From: an uncultured delta proteobacterium
GTDB lineage: Bacteria; Desulfobacterota; Binatia; Bin18
DNA: 52,362 nucleotides
NCBI GenBank assembly: GCA_963733195.1
Contig: CAVTCR010000013.1
Span: 1-52,362, forward strand
Direction of reading: 5' to 3'
Position 1 is the stretch's first letter, and each line of letters starts with the position of its first letter. A model generated the notes under the pieces. The model did not search any database, was not told the origin of the DNA, and worked only from the letters and a program-made list of their open reading frames with translations. This document shows positions 1 through 9,212 of this stretch, piece after piece. The position numbers were made by a program, and so were the translations under genes.

Positions 1-2
1 TC

Positions 3-176
3 GAGCATCATTACGCCCCACTGGGTTTCGTGTGGTGGGATCGGGAGGGAGTATTACAACAGAAATCTTGCCACCGGGAATTCAAACCCCTAGACAGTAT
101 GGAGGCGGGTCCGATCACAGAGAAGCAAGCGGAGCAACCGAAGAAGAAAACTCCCAGGAGGAAAGGTGGAAAATGA
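3..176 (+). CDS. 3' end of a gene entering from outside the window; resembles the C-terminus of DUF6519-family proteins
   Basis: Frame from nt 3 reads EHHYAPLGFVWW...SCHREFKPL...KGGK* (TGA 174-176). The HHYAPL...C.R.F.PL pattern matches my recollection of DUF6519 C-termini. Fragment only. Confidence 0.4.
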   Translation, partial: EHHYAPLGFVWWDREGVLQQKSCHREFKPLDSMEAGPITEKQAEQPKKKTPRRKGGK

Positions 177-330
177 GGTTCCGTCGCAAAGTTTAGATGA
201 AGACGAGCAGAATTATCCCTTTGTGTGATCTGTACAGCTAAGGCATAGCACTGCTCAGCCGGCGTTTGTGACGCGTTACCTGCGGCCTCCAGTTGCCCCT
301 TGCGAATATCAATTGTCGACGCTGGGAATG

Positions 331-2811
331 TTACTTTTTGTTGTCCTCCTCTTCTGATGATGCCTTTTTTGTCTCCGACTCATTATTGCCAAAGGTTTTG
401 AGTTTCGTGGTGAGGTCGTGTAGACGGCGGTTGACGAGGTTGTTGACGGTACCCTCTTCATCACTGCTTCCAGCACGTACCCCCGTTAGGAGTTCGATTC
501 CCTCGTCGATGGTACGGATTGGATAGATATGAAACTTCCCTTGTGCCACAGCTTCGATGACATCTGGGCGCAACACGAGATTGCGTACGTTCGCGATCGG
601 AACCAACACTCCTTGTGTTCCAGTCAAGCCACGTATACGGCAAACATCAAAGAACCCTTCGATTTTTTCGTTGGCGCCACCGATCGCTTGCACCTCGCCC
701 CATTGATTGACCGAGCCAGTCACTGCCAGATCCTGGCGGATTGGGAGTTCCGAGAGACGAGAGAGCATTGCATATAACTCGGTTGATGAAGCACTATCGC
801 CTTCAACTCCTGAGTACGATTGTTCAAAACAGACACTAGCCGACAATGTGAGTGGCTTGTCCTGTCCATAGCGATTGCGGAGATACCCCGATAGAATTAG
901 TAACCCCTTGTCGTGAATGGGGCCACTGAGCCGTGACTCACGTTCAATATTCACAATCCCGGCTTGCCCCATACCTACACTCGCTGTGACGCGTGAAGGT
1001 TGACCAAAGCTATGCTCGCCAAGTTGGAGCACCGACAGGCCGTTCACCTGTCCAACTTTCCGCCCGTCAATGTCAACTAATATTGTCCCTTGGGTAATCA
1101 GCTCACGAATATCCTGCTCGATACGATTAGCCCGGAACACGCGCGATTCTAAGGCCTGTTGGACATGCCGAGCAGAAACGACATGGCTATTGTCTTTACG
1201 TGCCCAATATGCCGATTCGCGGATGAGATCGGCAACTTCAGCATACGCAGCCGATATTTTCTGTCGATCGCCTGCTCTCCGTGCGCCGAATTCGACTAGT
1301 CGTTCGACTGCCGACTGCTCAAAGTGAGGTAAACCTTCGTCTCGACAAATCTGTGCGGCCCAATTGCCGTAGGCGAGCAGGTGTTGCCCATCAAGTTCCA
1401 TCGCGCGCCGGAAGTCTGCATGTACCTTAAAAATCTCACGAAACTCTTCGTCCAAACTATAGAGCAAATGATAAAGATACGGGCTTCCAACTGTAATAAC
1501 TTTGACATTCACCTGGATCGGTTCTGGCTTCAAGCCGGAGGTTGAAAACATCGCGAAGGGTTCATAGGTTTCCATTTCAATGCGACCGCTCTTCAGCGTT
1601 CGCTTCAGCATTTTCCACACTGCAGGTTCGGTAAGCGCATCTTCCAGGCTAAAAATGAGATACCCACCATGCGCACGAAGGAGCGAGCCTGCTTTGATAC
1701 GGGTGAAGTTCGTGACTAAACGGCCACCACGATCTACCACCCGTTCAATCGAACCAAACAGATTGGGATACGTTGGAGAACTCTCGACAAGAACGGGCGT
1801 TCCTTTGGTCGTGCTGTTATCAACAACGACGTTCACTTCGTACTCAAGAAACAGGTCTTGCTGGGGAGGGAGCAGGCCGAACGGCATCACCGGAGTTTGT
1901 CGTTCAGGCTCTTTGAAGTTGTCGAGATTATCGATGATGTGTGCCTTCACTTCAGCAAGATAGACATCGACCTCGGGGCTTTTCATTTCGCGACTGATAG
2001 TAGCCAGCATCGGTGTGAGTAACGCATCGCAGAAACGACGTTCGATCGAGCGCACATCGTCTACCATCGCGCGCATGATTTCTTGCTGCTTGCTGGGAAA
2101 GGCAGCCATCTCTGCGGCAAACTCGCGTTGATTTTTTTCGATGTCGCGTTGCTGCTCGGGAGTTAAGCGGGAGAATTCTTCTGGGCTTTCGAGGGGTTTC
2201 CCATTGACGACGGGGATAAGAATAATCCCGCCTCCCTGACCCGGTTGAATAGCAAAACCCTTCTCGCGAGCGCGAGCCTCTAGTGCTTCATTAAGTTCCT
2301 GAGCTTGGGACGCGTATTTTTCTTTGAGCTGACTTTTCTCTTTGTCGAAGGCTTCTTGGCGAAACGCTTTTGGTAATTCCTCGCGTAAGGTTTTGACCAT
2401 TTCCGTCATAAAGTGTTTCAGGCGAGAGCCTTGCCCTGCCGCGAGGGGAATTGCTCGAGGCGCATCGGGATGGGCGAAATTCTGGACATAGACCCAATCT
2501 TGAGGAGGAGACGATTGGGGTGTCTGCTGACTGACCCATCCGTGGAGGGCCTCTAATTTTTCTGCACCGGTTAATCCGGAGACGAAGATGTTATATCCAC
2601 TACTTGTAATCCCAAGCCCAAGTTCGAGCGCAGCCCGGGCACGTTCCTGGCCGATGAAATGGCCGTGGCCTGGCGTCAATTCTTCTGTTGTCCGAAACTG
2701 CACTGGGAGGGTCACAGAAAAACGGAGCTGCTCGGCAGTCAGCTCAACTGGAGGGGCTGCGGGTTGGATTCCAGACTGTTCCTCAGGTCGAGAAGGCAGG
2801 TTCGTACTCAC
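331..2811 (-). CDS. Lon-family protease (LonB/LonC-like; degenerate AAA module plus Lon_C domain)
   Basis: 826 aa; IGQERA start of the AAA region, GQVNGLSV, catalytic Ser in GDSAS and Lys in GGANEKIEG; Walker A degenerate (GLTGAEKL). Confidence 0.92.
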   Translation of the reverse strand: MSTNLPSRPEEQSGIQPAAPPVELTAEQLRFSVTLPVQFRTTEELTPGHGHFIGQERARAALELGLGITSSGYNIFVSGLTGAEKLEALHGWVSQQTPQSSPPQDWVYVQNFAHPDAPRAIPLAAGQGSRLKHFMTEMVKTLREELPKAFRQEAFDKEKSQLKEKYASQAQELNEALEARAREKGFAIQPGQGGGIILIPVVNGKPLESPEEFSRLTPEQQRDIEKNQREFAAEMAAFPSKQQEIMRAMVDDVRSIERRFCDALLTPMLATISREMKSPEVDVYLAEVKAHIIDNLDNFKEPERQTPVMPFGLLPPQQDLFLEYEVNVVVDNSTTKGTPVLVESSPTYPNLFGSIERVVDRGGRLVTNFTRIKAGSLLRAHGGYLIFSLEDALTEPAVWKMLKRTLKSGRIEMETYEPFAMFSTSGLKPEPIQVNVKVITVGSPYLYHLLYSLDEEFREIFKVHADFRRAMELDGQHLLAYGNWAAQICRDEGLPHFEQSAVERLVEFGARRAGDRQKISAAYAEVADLIRESAYWARKDNSHVVSARHVQQALESRVFRANRIEQDIRELITQGTILVDIDGRKVGQVNGLSVLQLGEHSFGQPSRVTASVGMGQAGIVNIERESRLSGPIHDKGLLILSGYLRNRYGQDKPLTLSASVCFEQSYSGVEGDSASSTELYAMLSRLSELPIRQDLAVTGSVNQWGEVQAIGGANEKIEGFFDVCRIRGLTGTQGVLVPIANVRNLVLRPDVIEAVAQGKFHIYPIRTIDEGIELLTGVRAGSSDEEGTVNNLVNRRLHDLTTKLKTFGNNESETKKASSEEEDNKK

Positions 2812-3233
2812 GCTCCCCTCCGTTCTGGTCGGAGCTTCGGTAGGGTGATGCGCAGGACCCCACTAATAAACTCGACGCCAATGTTGGTATGGTCAACCGA
2901 GGCGGGCAATCGGACACGGCGGAGAAAACCGCCGGAGCGGCGTTCCCTATAGTGCAAACTGCCGTGAGAATCACTATGAGTGACAGTCCGTTGTCCCTGC
3001 AGAACCAGGTCTCCATTGTCTACGCTGACTGCTACCTGTTGTTCTTGTACCCCAGGGAGATCCGCCTCAAGAACGAAGGCGGTATCGGTTTCGTAGAGAT
3101 CTATCTGTGGACTCCATTCTTCAGCTGCGGTCCGGACAGAACCCCACGGGCGATGGATTAATTCATCGAATAAGCGATCGACTTCCTGCGAAAGATGCGT
3201 TGGCAATGGTAACCACCATTCGTCTTTTGCCAT
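2808..3233 (-). CDS. Hsp20/alpha-crystallin small heat-shock protein
   Basis: PQIDLYET, EADLPGV, ERRSGGFLRRVRLP, GVLRITLPK motifs; 4-nt overlap with the Lon gene. Confidence 0.95.
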   Translation of the reverse strand: MAKDEWWLPLPTHLSQEVDRLFDELIHRPWGSVRTAAEEWSPQIDLYETDTAFVLEADLPGVQEQQVAVSVDNGDLVLQGQRTVTHSDSHGSLHYRERRSGGFLRRVRLPASVDHTNIGVEFISGVLRITLPKLRPERRGA

Positions 3234-3441
3234 AGATGAATCCCTTTCTTCTAATGTACAGGCTCGGGAGGCTGCACTGTGGGGGCTGGTTGGTCCCCAC
3301 TCGGAATTGTCAGGCTACCGCGCCGCTTGAGTTTCCCTCAAGGAGCATTCGATGTAAACAGGGTTTCTCAGCAAAAAGGACAAAAGCGCCGCTCGCTTTC
3401 AGTGGAGATCTCGGCTACATTCCACTGTACAAAAGTACCAT

Positions 3442-4602
3442 GTGGGGTTACCAATGGAAGCGGGAACGCGGCAGACAGAGGCGGAGGATAGCGGTTGGCT
3501 AGGGGGAGGTAGTGAGGGTATGGAAACTATCACAGCGATACTGCGACAGGCGCGTGAACACAAAGGGGTCTCGTTGAAAGATGTCGAGGGAAAAACGAGG
3601 ATCCCGTTGAAGTATCTCCAGGCGCTTGAAGGAGGAGGAGAGACCGGCCTCCTGGCAGACGAGATGTATCTCATTCCGTTTCTGCGTTCTTATGCCAACT
3701 TTCTTGGTGTTGATGCAAACCAGGCGGTCACGCGTTTTCTAACAGAACTGCAGCGGCAAGATGCTGCGATTGTAGCGCCGCCTGAGCGCCGTCCGCCGGT
3801 AGTCACGCCTCGTTCTGGTCCTTCACGTCTTGCTTCTTGGGTCGTTCCCTTCTTGCTCTTATTGGTTATTTTATTATTGGGATCGTATTTGTGGCAACAA
3901 GGCCACCTGCAAACCCTCGTGTCCTGGTGGCAATCGGGATCAACGAAAGAGGAACTTGCCGAGGAATCACCAGTTTCAATTCCCCCGTCATCCTCGGTTA
4001 CTGCTGTTGTTCCAGAATCGGCGGTTGCCGTTGTGCCTTCACCTGCTACTACGCCTGATAGTAGTTCTTCCTCCCCGGTTGCTCCACCGACTAGTGTTCC
4101 AACTGTGCAAGGATCACCAACTAGTGGGTCCTCAGCTCCAGCGACACCTCCATCCTCAATAGTTGCCGTGGTTCCCCACCCAGAATCGCCAACGGCAGGG
4201 GCTCCCACATCTCAAATGCCAACGGTGCAAGGATCGCCAACCAGTGGCTCTCCATCTCCCACAGCAACAACTGCAGTGGTTCCACAATCAGAGTCGCCAG
4301 TAGTAGCTGCTGTTTCTCCAGCGACAACAGCACCTCCTGCCGGCGGGCATCGCCTGAGCATACGAGCGAGTTCGTCAACCTGGCTGCGTGTCGTTGTTGA
4401 CAGTCAACCAGGAAAAGACCTGATCCTCAAAGCCGGAGAGACGCGGGAATGGACTGCGCAGGATGGCTTCACGGTTTCGTTGGGAAATGCTGGCGGTGCC
4501 ATCCTCAACCTTGATGGACAAGATCTCCCGCCGGCTGGCAAACCCGGACAAATTGTGAGGAATATACGGATTCCTGCTCCTGCCGCGGCCACAGGGCAGT
4601 AA
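3442..4602 (+). CDS. rodZ: RodZ-like cytoskeleton protein (HTH, TM, Pro/Ser/Thr linker, DUF4115); true start may be ATG 3520
   Basis: LRQAREHKGVSL...YLQALE...FLRSYANFLGVD HTH; one TM; C-terminal WLRVVVD...SLGNAGGAILNLDG domain. Confidence 0.88.
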   Translation: MGLPMEAGTRQTEAEDSGWLGGGSEGMETITAILRQAREHKGVSLKDVEGKTRIPLKYLQALEGGGETGLLADEMYLIPFLRSYANFLGVDANQAVTRFLTELQRQDAAIVAPPERRPPVVTPRSGPSRLASWVVPFLLLLVILLLGSYLWQQGHLQTLVSWWQSGSTKEELAEESPVSIPPSSSVTAVVPESAVAVVPSPATTPDSSSSSPVAPPTSVPTVQGSPTSGSSAPATPPSSIVAVVPHPESPTAGAPTSQMPTVQGSPTSGSPSPTATTAVVPQSESPVVAAVSPATTAPPAGGHRLSIRASSSTWLRVVVDSQPGKDLILKAGETREWTAQDGFTVSLGNAGGAILNLDGQDLPPAGKPGQIVRNIRIPAPAAATGQ

Positions 4603-4603
4603 A

Positions 4604-4820
4604 ACAGTAACCAGTAGTCAGCATTCAGTAGTCAGTAGGAAAAAGGCTAGAGGCTGTAGGCTTCAGGTTGAAGGGAAGAAAGACAAAGGGCAAAAGGAAA
4701 AAAGGGGAAACGGCGAAGCAGCTTAAGAAAGGCCGATAACCTTTTTGCTGTCTTCCCACTTCACCATTTTCCCATTTCGCCTTTGTAGTCCTTCCCCTAC
4801 AGCCTTAAGCCTATAGCCTT
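4604..4820. repeat. Nested, partly inverted 7/8-mer tandem repeats between convergent genes
   Basis: CAGTAGT-type run, AGGCTNN x4 and AAAGGGGN-type 8-mers, followed by their complements (TTCNCCAT..., CCTACAG/CCTTAAG/CCTATAG). Confidence 0.75.
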
Positions 4821-4840
4821 TCCTCAGTCATCGGTTCTCA

Positions 4841-5464
4841 TTACTTTTCCGGTCCCCGGGCCTTTGCCACGCCAATCATGCTGTCACGGGTGATGAGCGC
4901 GGCAAGTTCAGCCTCACTCAGATCCTCCGTGTCAGGTGGACGAGCAGGAATCACCAAATAGCGCATGTCAGCCGTGCTGTCATAGACGCGCACTTCCACT
5001 GACTGTGGCAACTCCAAGCCAAATTCTCGAAGCACGCTGCGCGGCTCTTGTACCACGCGAGAACGATAACTTAAGCTTTTGTACCAGTCTGGAGGGAGAC
5101 CGAGAATCGATCGTGGATAACACGAACAGAGGGTGCATACGACAACATTATGTACGTTGTCGGTGTTCTCGATTGCCACGATTTGGGCTAGCGTCCCGGT
5201 ATCAACTCCCACTTCTGCACACGCGGACTTCGCGTCGGTGAGGAGTCGCGCCTTAAACGCAGGATCAATCCACGCACGCGCGATGACTTTAGCACCCAAC
5301 GCTGGCGTGCGTTCATCCATTTGTTCGATCGTTCGCCGCACTTCCTCGGCTGTGACAAGTCCTTTCTCGATCAACAAAGAGACAATTGCCGTTGCGCGCT
5401 TCTCGTAGTGTGAAGACTCGTGTGGATCAGTAATGGGATCATGCGCGTGATCGTGTTCCTGCAT
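4841..5464 (-). CDS. nthA: Nitrile hydratase alpha-type (metal-binding) subunit, Co-type motif
   Basis: VVVCTLCSCYP motif, WYKS..YRSR, DSTADMRYLVIP; AGGAG RBS before ATG 5464; His-rich N-terminus. Confidence 0.93.
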   Translation of the reverse strand: MQEHDHAHDPITDPHESSHYEKRATAIVSLLIEKGLVTAEEVRRTIEQMDERTPALGAKVIARAWIDPAFKARLLTDAKSACAEVGVDTGTLAQIVAIENTDNVHNVVVCTLCSCYPRSILGLPPDWYKSLSYRSRVVQEPRSVLREFGLELPQSVEVRVYDSTADMRYLVIPARPPDTEDLSEAELAALITRDSMIGVAKARGPEK

Positions 5465-5511
5465 GTCGTTCTCCTGATTTCGCTCTTCAACCAATCCCCA
5501 GCCCCTAACTC

Positions 5512-5802
5512 CTAGCCCTCAACTGGTTCCAGCCAGTGTTCGTAAATATCAATAAAAAGCCGATCTCGTAGTGAAGCGCTATACGTGTTCCATATATGGG
5601 TTTGGTCGAGTGATACAAGATAGAGAAATTTCTTGGGTAATCCATCCTTACCGTAGGCGAGAGACTCAGGATCGCGGAATTCACCATGTATCGCTTCGAT
5701 CTGTCCGATCTTTCCTTGTACATAACTCGGAGTGCGGAAATGGCCCGTTGGAGAGCCTACGCGAATGCGGACGGTATCTCCTGGCTTAAACCTGGCTGGC
5801 AT
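5512..5802 (-). CDS. Nitrile hydratase beta C-terminal (SH3-like) subunit, like the thiocyanate hydrolase alpha subunit
   Basis: RFKPGDTVR...GHFRTPSYVQGKIG...LYLVSL...IW...DIYEHWLE; own GGAG RBS and ATG 5802. Confidence 0.88.
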   Translation of the reverse strand: MPARFKPGDTVRIRVGSPTGHFRTPSYVQGKIGQIEAIHGEFRDPESLAYGKDGLPKKFLYLVSLDQTHIWNTYSASLRDRLFIDIYEHWLEPVEG

Positions 5803-6097
5803 GTTCCAACTCCGCAATTTTGTGCTCAATTTGCTCGCGGGTCAGCAGTCCCTTTTCAATCACCAGCGTTTCGATCGCCGATATCCACCGTTCGTAGTAA
5901 CTCATCTTCTCGTACGCTTCGGGCGGAAGAGCCTCGATTGCTCGGCGTAGTTCATCGACGCGTAAGACCTTCTTTGCTGGACTCACCAAGAGCATGAGCA
6001 GCGCATCGGTGCGTTTCTCCCACAAGGCATAGTTATGCTCTGCTTTATTGATCGATCCAGCATCAGGCCAGCCTCCGCGGTCATGGACTCGTGGCAT
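5786..6097 (-). CDS. Nitrile hydratase beta N-terminal subunit, like the thiocyanate hydrolase beta subunit
   Basis: MPRVHDRGG, WEKR, DELRRAIE, SYYERW...LVIEKGLL motifs; AAGGAG RBS. Confidence 0.88.
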   Translation of the reverse strand: MPRVHDRGGWPDAGSINKAEHNYALWEKRTDALLMLLVSPAKKVLRVDELRRAIEALPPEAYEKMSYYERWISAIETLVIEKGLLTREQIEHKIAELEHASQV

Positions 6098-6140
6098 TTT
6101 AGACTCCTTCGTTTCTCACTCAGCACTCATTACTCCCTAC

Positions 6141-7247
6141 TTAGCGCAACTTCGGCACCACCGTCTCAGTAAAGCGCTGGAGCATCTCTTTGTCTTGCTT
6201 GTAAGGAAACATAGCGATGAAATAATCGAACCCGAGGTCTTTATACCCACGAAGCACTTCCGCGACTTGCTCTGCTGTCCCAATTGTTCCGGCATCTCGG
6301 GCAAGCTTGAAAATGCGACCGACTCCTAATGCGGCTGCCGTATCAGCTTCCCGTTTTTTTATTTCCTCTTCAGTGTCTGCGATACAAGTGACGATGAAGA
6401 GGGACTTATCGATTTTCGTAAAGTCGCGCTTGACCTCATCGCAGTGGCGCTTGAGCACGTCCAGTTTCTTTTTCACTGCCGGAAGCTGATGGCCAAAGAT
6501 CATATTCCAGCCGTCGGCGTATTGCGCGACTATGCGGAGCAATTTCTTCTCTCCAGCACCGCCGATCCACATCTTGAGCGGTTGTTGCACCGGCTTTGGT
6601 GCACAGGTCGCATTATCGAGCTGATAATGTTTACCGTTGAAGGAGGCTTTCTCTTCCGTCCACAAGAGCTTAATAAGCTGAGCTGCTTCTTCTAACTGGG
6701 CTAGGCGAGTGGCGACTGGTGGGAACGGAATGCCGTAAGCTTTATACTCAATATCCTTCCACCCTGCGCCAAGGCCAAACTCTAGGCGTCCGTTGCTGAT
6801 GTGGTCCACGCACGCGGCTGTTTTCGCCAGTACACTGGGGATACGGTACGAATTGCAGGTAACAAGTGTGCCGATACGCAACTTGGTGGTAACCGCTGCC
6901 AACGCTGGCATCAATGCCCAGACGTCGAGACAATTACGTCGCTCAGATTTTGCATCCCACAACAAATGATCCGATGCCCACAGCGCAGTAAAGCCGAGAC
7001 GCTCAGCTTCTTTGGCAAGATCAACAACATCGGAAAAGGTGAAACCAAACTGTGGCTCGATCTGGATACCGAAACGGGTCATGTGTTGCTCCTGAAGTGC
7101 CATACTTTTTGCTTGTCGAAGCGAAAACTGCTCAGTCTCTTGAGGCCACGCTCCCTCGCGACGAGTATAGGCGCTACCGTATATGCTGGTAGCGCCAACG
7201 ACAACGGCACCAGTCCTTTTCAAGAACTGCCGTCGGCTTATCGTCAT
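6141..7247 (-). CDS. LLM-class (probably F420-dependent) oxidoreductase with a possible Tat-signal extension; alternative start ATG 7082
   Basis: AERLGFTALWASDH, DHISNGRLEFGLGAGW, PKPVQ, WIGGAGEKKLLRIVAQYADGWN; upstream in-frame SRRQFLK. Confidence 0.88.
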   Translation of the reverse strand: MTISRRQFLKRTGAVVVGATSIYGSAYTRREGAWPQETEQFSLRQAKSMALQEQHMTRFGIQIEPQFGFTFSDVVDLAKEAERLGFTALWASDHLLWDAKSERRNCLDVWALMPALAAVTTKLRIGTLVTCNSYRIPSVLAKTAACVDHISNGRLEFGLGAGWKDIEYKAYGIPFPPVATRLAQLEEAAQLIKLLWTEEKASFNGKHYQLDNATCAPKPVQQPLKMWIGGAGEKKLLRIVAQYADGWNMIFGHQLPAVKKKLDVLKRHCDEVKRDFTKIDKSLFIVTCIADTEEEIKKREADTAAALGVGRIFKLARDAGTIGTAEQVAEVLRGYKDLGFDYFIAMFPYKQDKEMLQRFTETVVPKLR

Positions 7248-8053
7248 GAGAACGCTTCGTCCAAGGCTTGGATTTGCATGCGAGAGAGTCGCCAACCCGA
7301 TGCGTGACAGTTCTCTTCAGTACGAGTGACACTATCAGACTTGGGGATCGCAATCACGTTCGGTCGCGAGGTGCACCAGTTCAAAGCAACCTGCGCCAGG
7401 GTTTTCTGTACCTGAGTCGCGACTTCTTCTAACACCTTCATCCCTTGGTTACGCCCGCGCCAGAATTTCGCCTTCTTGGCGAGGCGACCATCATCAAGCG
7501 GTGTATACGCAAGAATTGTCATACTGTGTTTTTGGCAGTACGGAAGTAGGTCACGTTCAATGTCGCGATCGTTCAAGTTGTACAAGACCTGATTCGCAAC
7601 GATCGGATGGTTGCGCATTGCGGCTTGTGCTTCTTGCAATTCCCGTACTGAAAAATTGCTCACACCAATGTATTTAACCTGACCACGATCGACTAATGCT
7701 TCCATCGCGCGCATCGTTTCCTTGATCGGAACCGAGGAGTTTGGCCAATGTACCTGGTAGAGATCAATGCAGTTCTCGTTCAACTTACGTAGGCTTGCTT
7801 CGGCAGCGTGAAGGACATCGTCGTGCCGTAAGTGGCTACCGGAAACTTTTGAGGCAATAAACACCTTGTCACGAATGCCTTTAACGGCCTGACCAACAAC
7901 GTCTTCAGTGCCGTACACCTCCGCTGTGTCGATCAGAAACGCGCCGAGTTCGATTCCGCGACGCAGCGGTTCCACGCCGCCACGATATTTCCACACTCCA
8001 AGTCCGATTTCTGGCACCTTCATATTGGTGTTGCCGAGTTGTTTGAGTTCCAT
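7244..8053 (-). CDS. Aldo/keto reductase
   Basis: IGLGVW, IDTAEVYG, IASKV, DLYQVHWP, IGVSNF, NQVLYN, IPKS motifs. Confidence 0.95.
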   Translation of the reverse strand: MELKQLGNTNMKVPEIGLGVWKYRGGVEPLRRGIELGAFLIDTAEVYGTEDVVGQAVKGIRDKVFIASKVSGSHLRHDDVLHAAEASLRKLNENCIDLYQVHWPNSSVPIKETMRAMEALVDRGQVKYIGVSNFSVRELQEAQAAMRNHPIVANQVLYNLNDRDIERDLLPYCQKHSMTILAYTPLDDGRLAKKAKFWRGRNQGMKVLEEVATQVQKTLAQVALNWCTSRPNVIAIPKSDSVTRTEENCHASGWRLSRMQIQALDEAFS

Positions 8054-8076
8054 AATAGTGTGCCTTCTTCAGTGAA

Positions 8077-8097
8077 GTAGGGTGGGCAATGCCCACC
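8077..8097 (+). repeat. REP-like palindrome
   Basis: GTAG followed by GGTGGGCA-A-TGCCCACC, the GTAG-plus-palindrome structure of REP elements, in a short intergenic gap. Confidence 0.6.
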
Positions 8098-8101
8098 ACC
8101 C

Positions 8102-8971
8102 TCAAACTTTCTGCGCGCGCTCAACGATCGGCGCAAGACTCTTCACCGCCTCGACACCACTGCCTGAGGCTGCAGCCCACGCTAATGTGATCATACGAGT
8201 GACACCAGCATCTTGATACTGCTTCATAAGATCGACGCTCGGACCGTCTTGCTGGGCCATGAGTAGGACAGAGAACTCGATGTTATCCGGATTGCGTCCG
8301 GCATCTTTGGCCATCTGCTTGATTTGTGGAATCACTTCTTTGAATTTCTCCGGCGGCAGATTGGCCGGAAACCACCCGTCGGCGTACTGGGCAACACGCT
8401 TCAGTGCATACTTTGGATCGTGCGCGCCCAAGAAAATCGGTGGAAGTTTCTGCACCGGTTTCGGGCCAATCTTGACCGTAGGAAATTTGACGAACTCTCC
8501 AGAGTAGCTTGCTTCCTCTTTGCTCCAGAGGTCACGGATCGCTTCCACGCCTTCACGCACATACTTCCAGCGATGTTTGAACTGCACGCCGAACAACTCG
8601 GCCTCCTCGGCAAACCATCCAGCCCCGACACCAAGAATCAGACGACCGTTTGAATAGAGATCAAGCGTCGCGGTGGTCTTGGCTATAGTGATTGCGTGGT
8701 GTTGAGGCAGCAAGGAAATAGCGGTTCCGAGTTTAATTTTCTTCGTCGACTGTGCTGCCGCCATGAGGGCAATGAACGGATCAACTAAATCCGCATAGAA
8801 TGCTGGTACCTTTCCATCTGCCGAGCGGGGATAATAGGTTTTGTATTGCGTCGGAATTGCGATGTGTTCAGCGACCCAGAAAGAGTCGAAGCCAAGATTT
8901 TCTGCAGCTTGTGCGATCTCGCCAGGATTTCCAGATTTGCCGGTCAGAAATACTGATACGCCAATTTTCAT
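8102..8971 (-). CDS. LLM-class F420-dependent oxidoreductase (Rv2161c-like)
   Basis: AENLGFDSFWVAEHIAIP, DPFIAL, SNGRLILGVGAGW, PKPVQ; AAAGGAGG RBS before ATG 8971. Confidence 0.9.
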   Translation of the reverse strand: MKIGVSVFLTGKSGNPGEIAQAAENLGFDSFWVAEHIAIPTQYKTYYPRSADGKVPAFYADLVDPFIALMAAAQSTKKIKLGTAISLLPQHHAITIAKTTATLDLYSNGRLILGVGAGWFAEEAELFGVQFKHRWKYVREGVEAIRDLWSKEEASYSGEFVKFPTVKIGPKPVQKLPPIFLGAHDPKYALKRVAQYADGWFPANLPPEKFKEVIPQIKQMAKDAGRNPDNIEFSVLLMAQQDGPSVDLMKQYQDAGVTRMITLAWAAASGSGVEAVKSLAPIVERAQKV

Positions 8972-9020
8972 AAACGTCACCCTCCTTTCGCCAACGGACT
9001 GTAGAACGACACACTGCATG

Positions 9021-9190
9021 TTTCAAGTTCAAAGTTCAAGGTTCAAAGTTTTACGGATTACGTTTCACGTCTTCCCTTTAGCCTACAGCCTAACACCTTT
9101 AGCCTGTCTCCCCTTATCCTTTATCCATTTACCCTTTCCCCAATTTCCCATGTCCCCTTTCCTCCCTTCAGCCTCTAGCCTTCAGCCTTT
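9021..9190. repeat. Concatenated 7/8-mer tandem repeat modules in a divergent intergenic region
   Basis: TTCAAAG x~4, TTACGNN x3, CCTNNAG x4, TTTCCCCN 8-mers, CCTTCAG/CCTCTAG x3. Confidence 0.75.
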
Positions 9191-9212
9191 CTTTGCCGCT
9201 ATAGTCTGCCCC

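Noticed and set aside
3990-4330. Internal duplications in the RodZ linker (PTVQGSPTSGS x2, AVVP repeats)
   Set aside because: Ordinary expansion of a low-complexity periplasmic linker.
8841-9212. Long N-terminal extension of the MBL hydrolase ORF
   Set aside because: It is translated heptamer-repeat DNA overlapping the divergent LLM gene; homology starts at ATG 9213.
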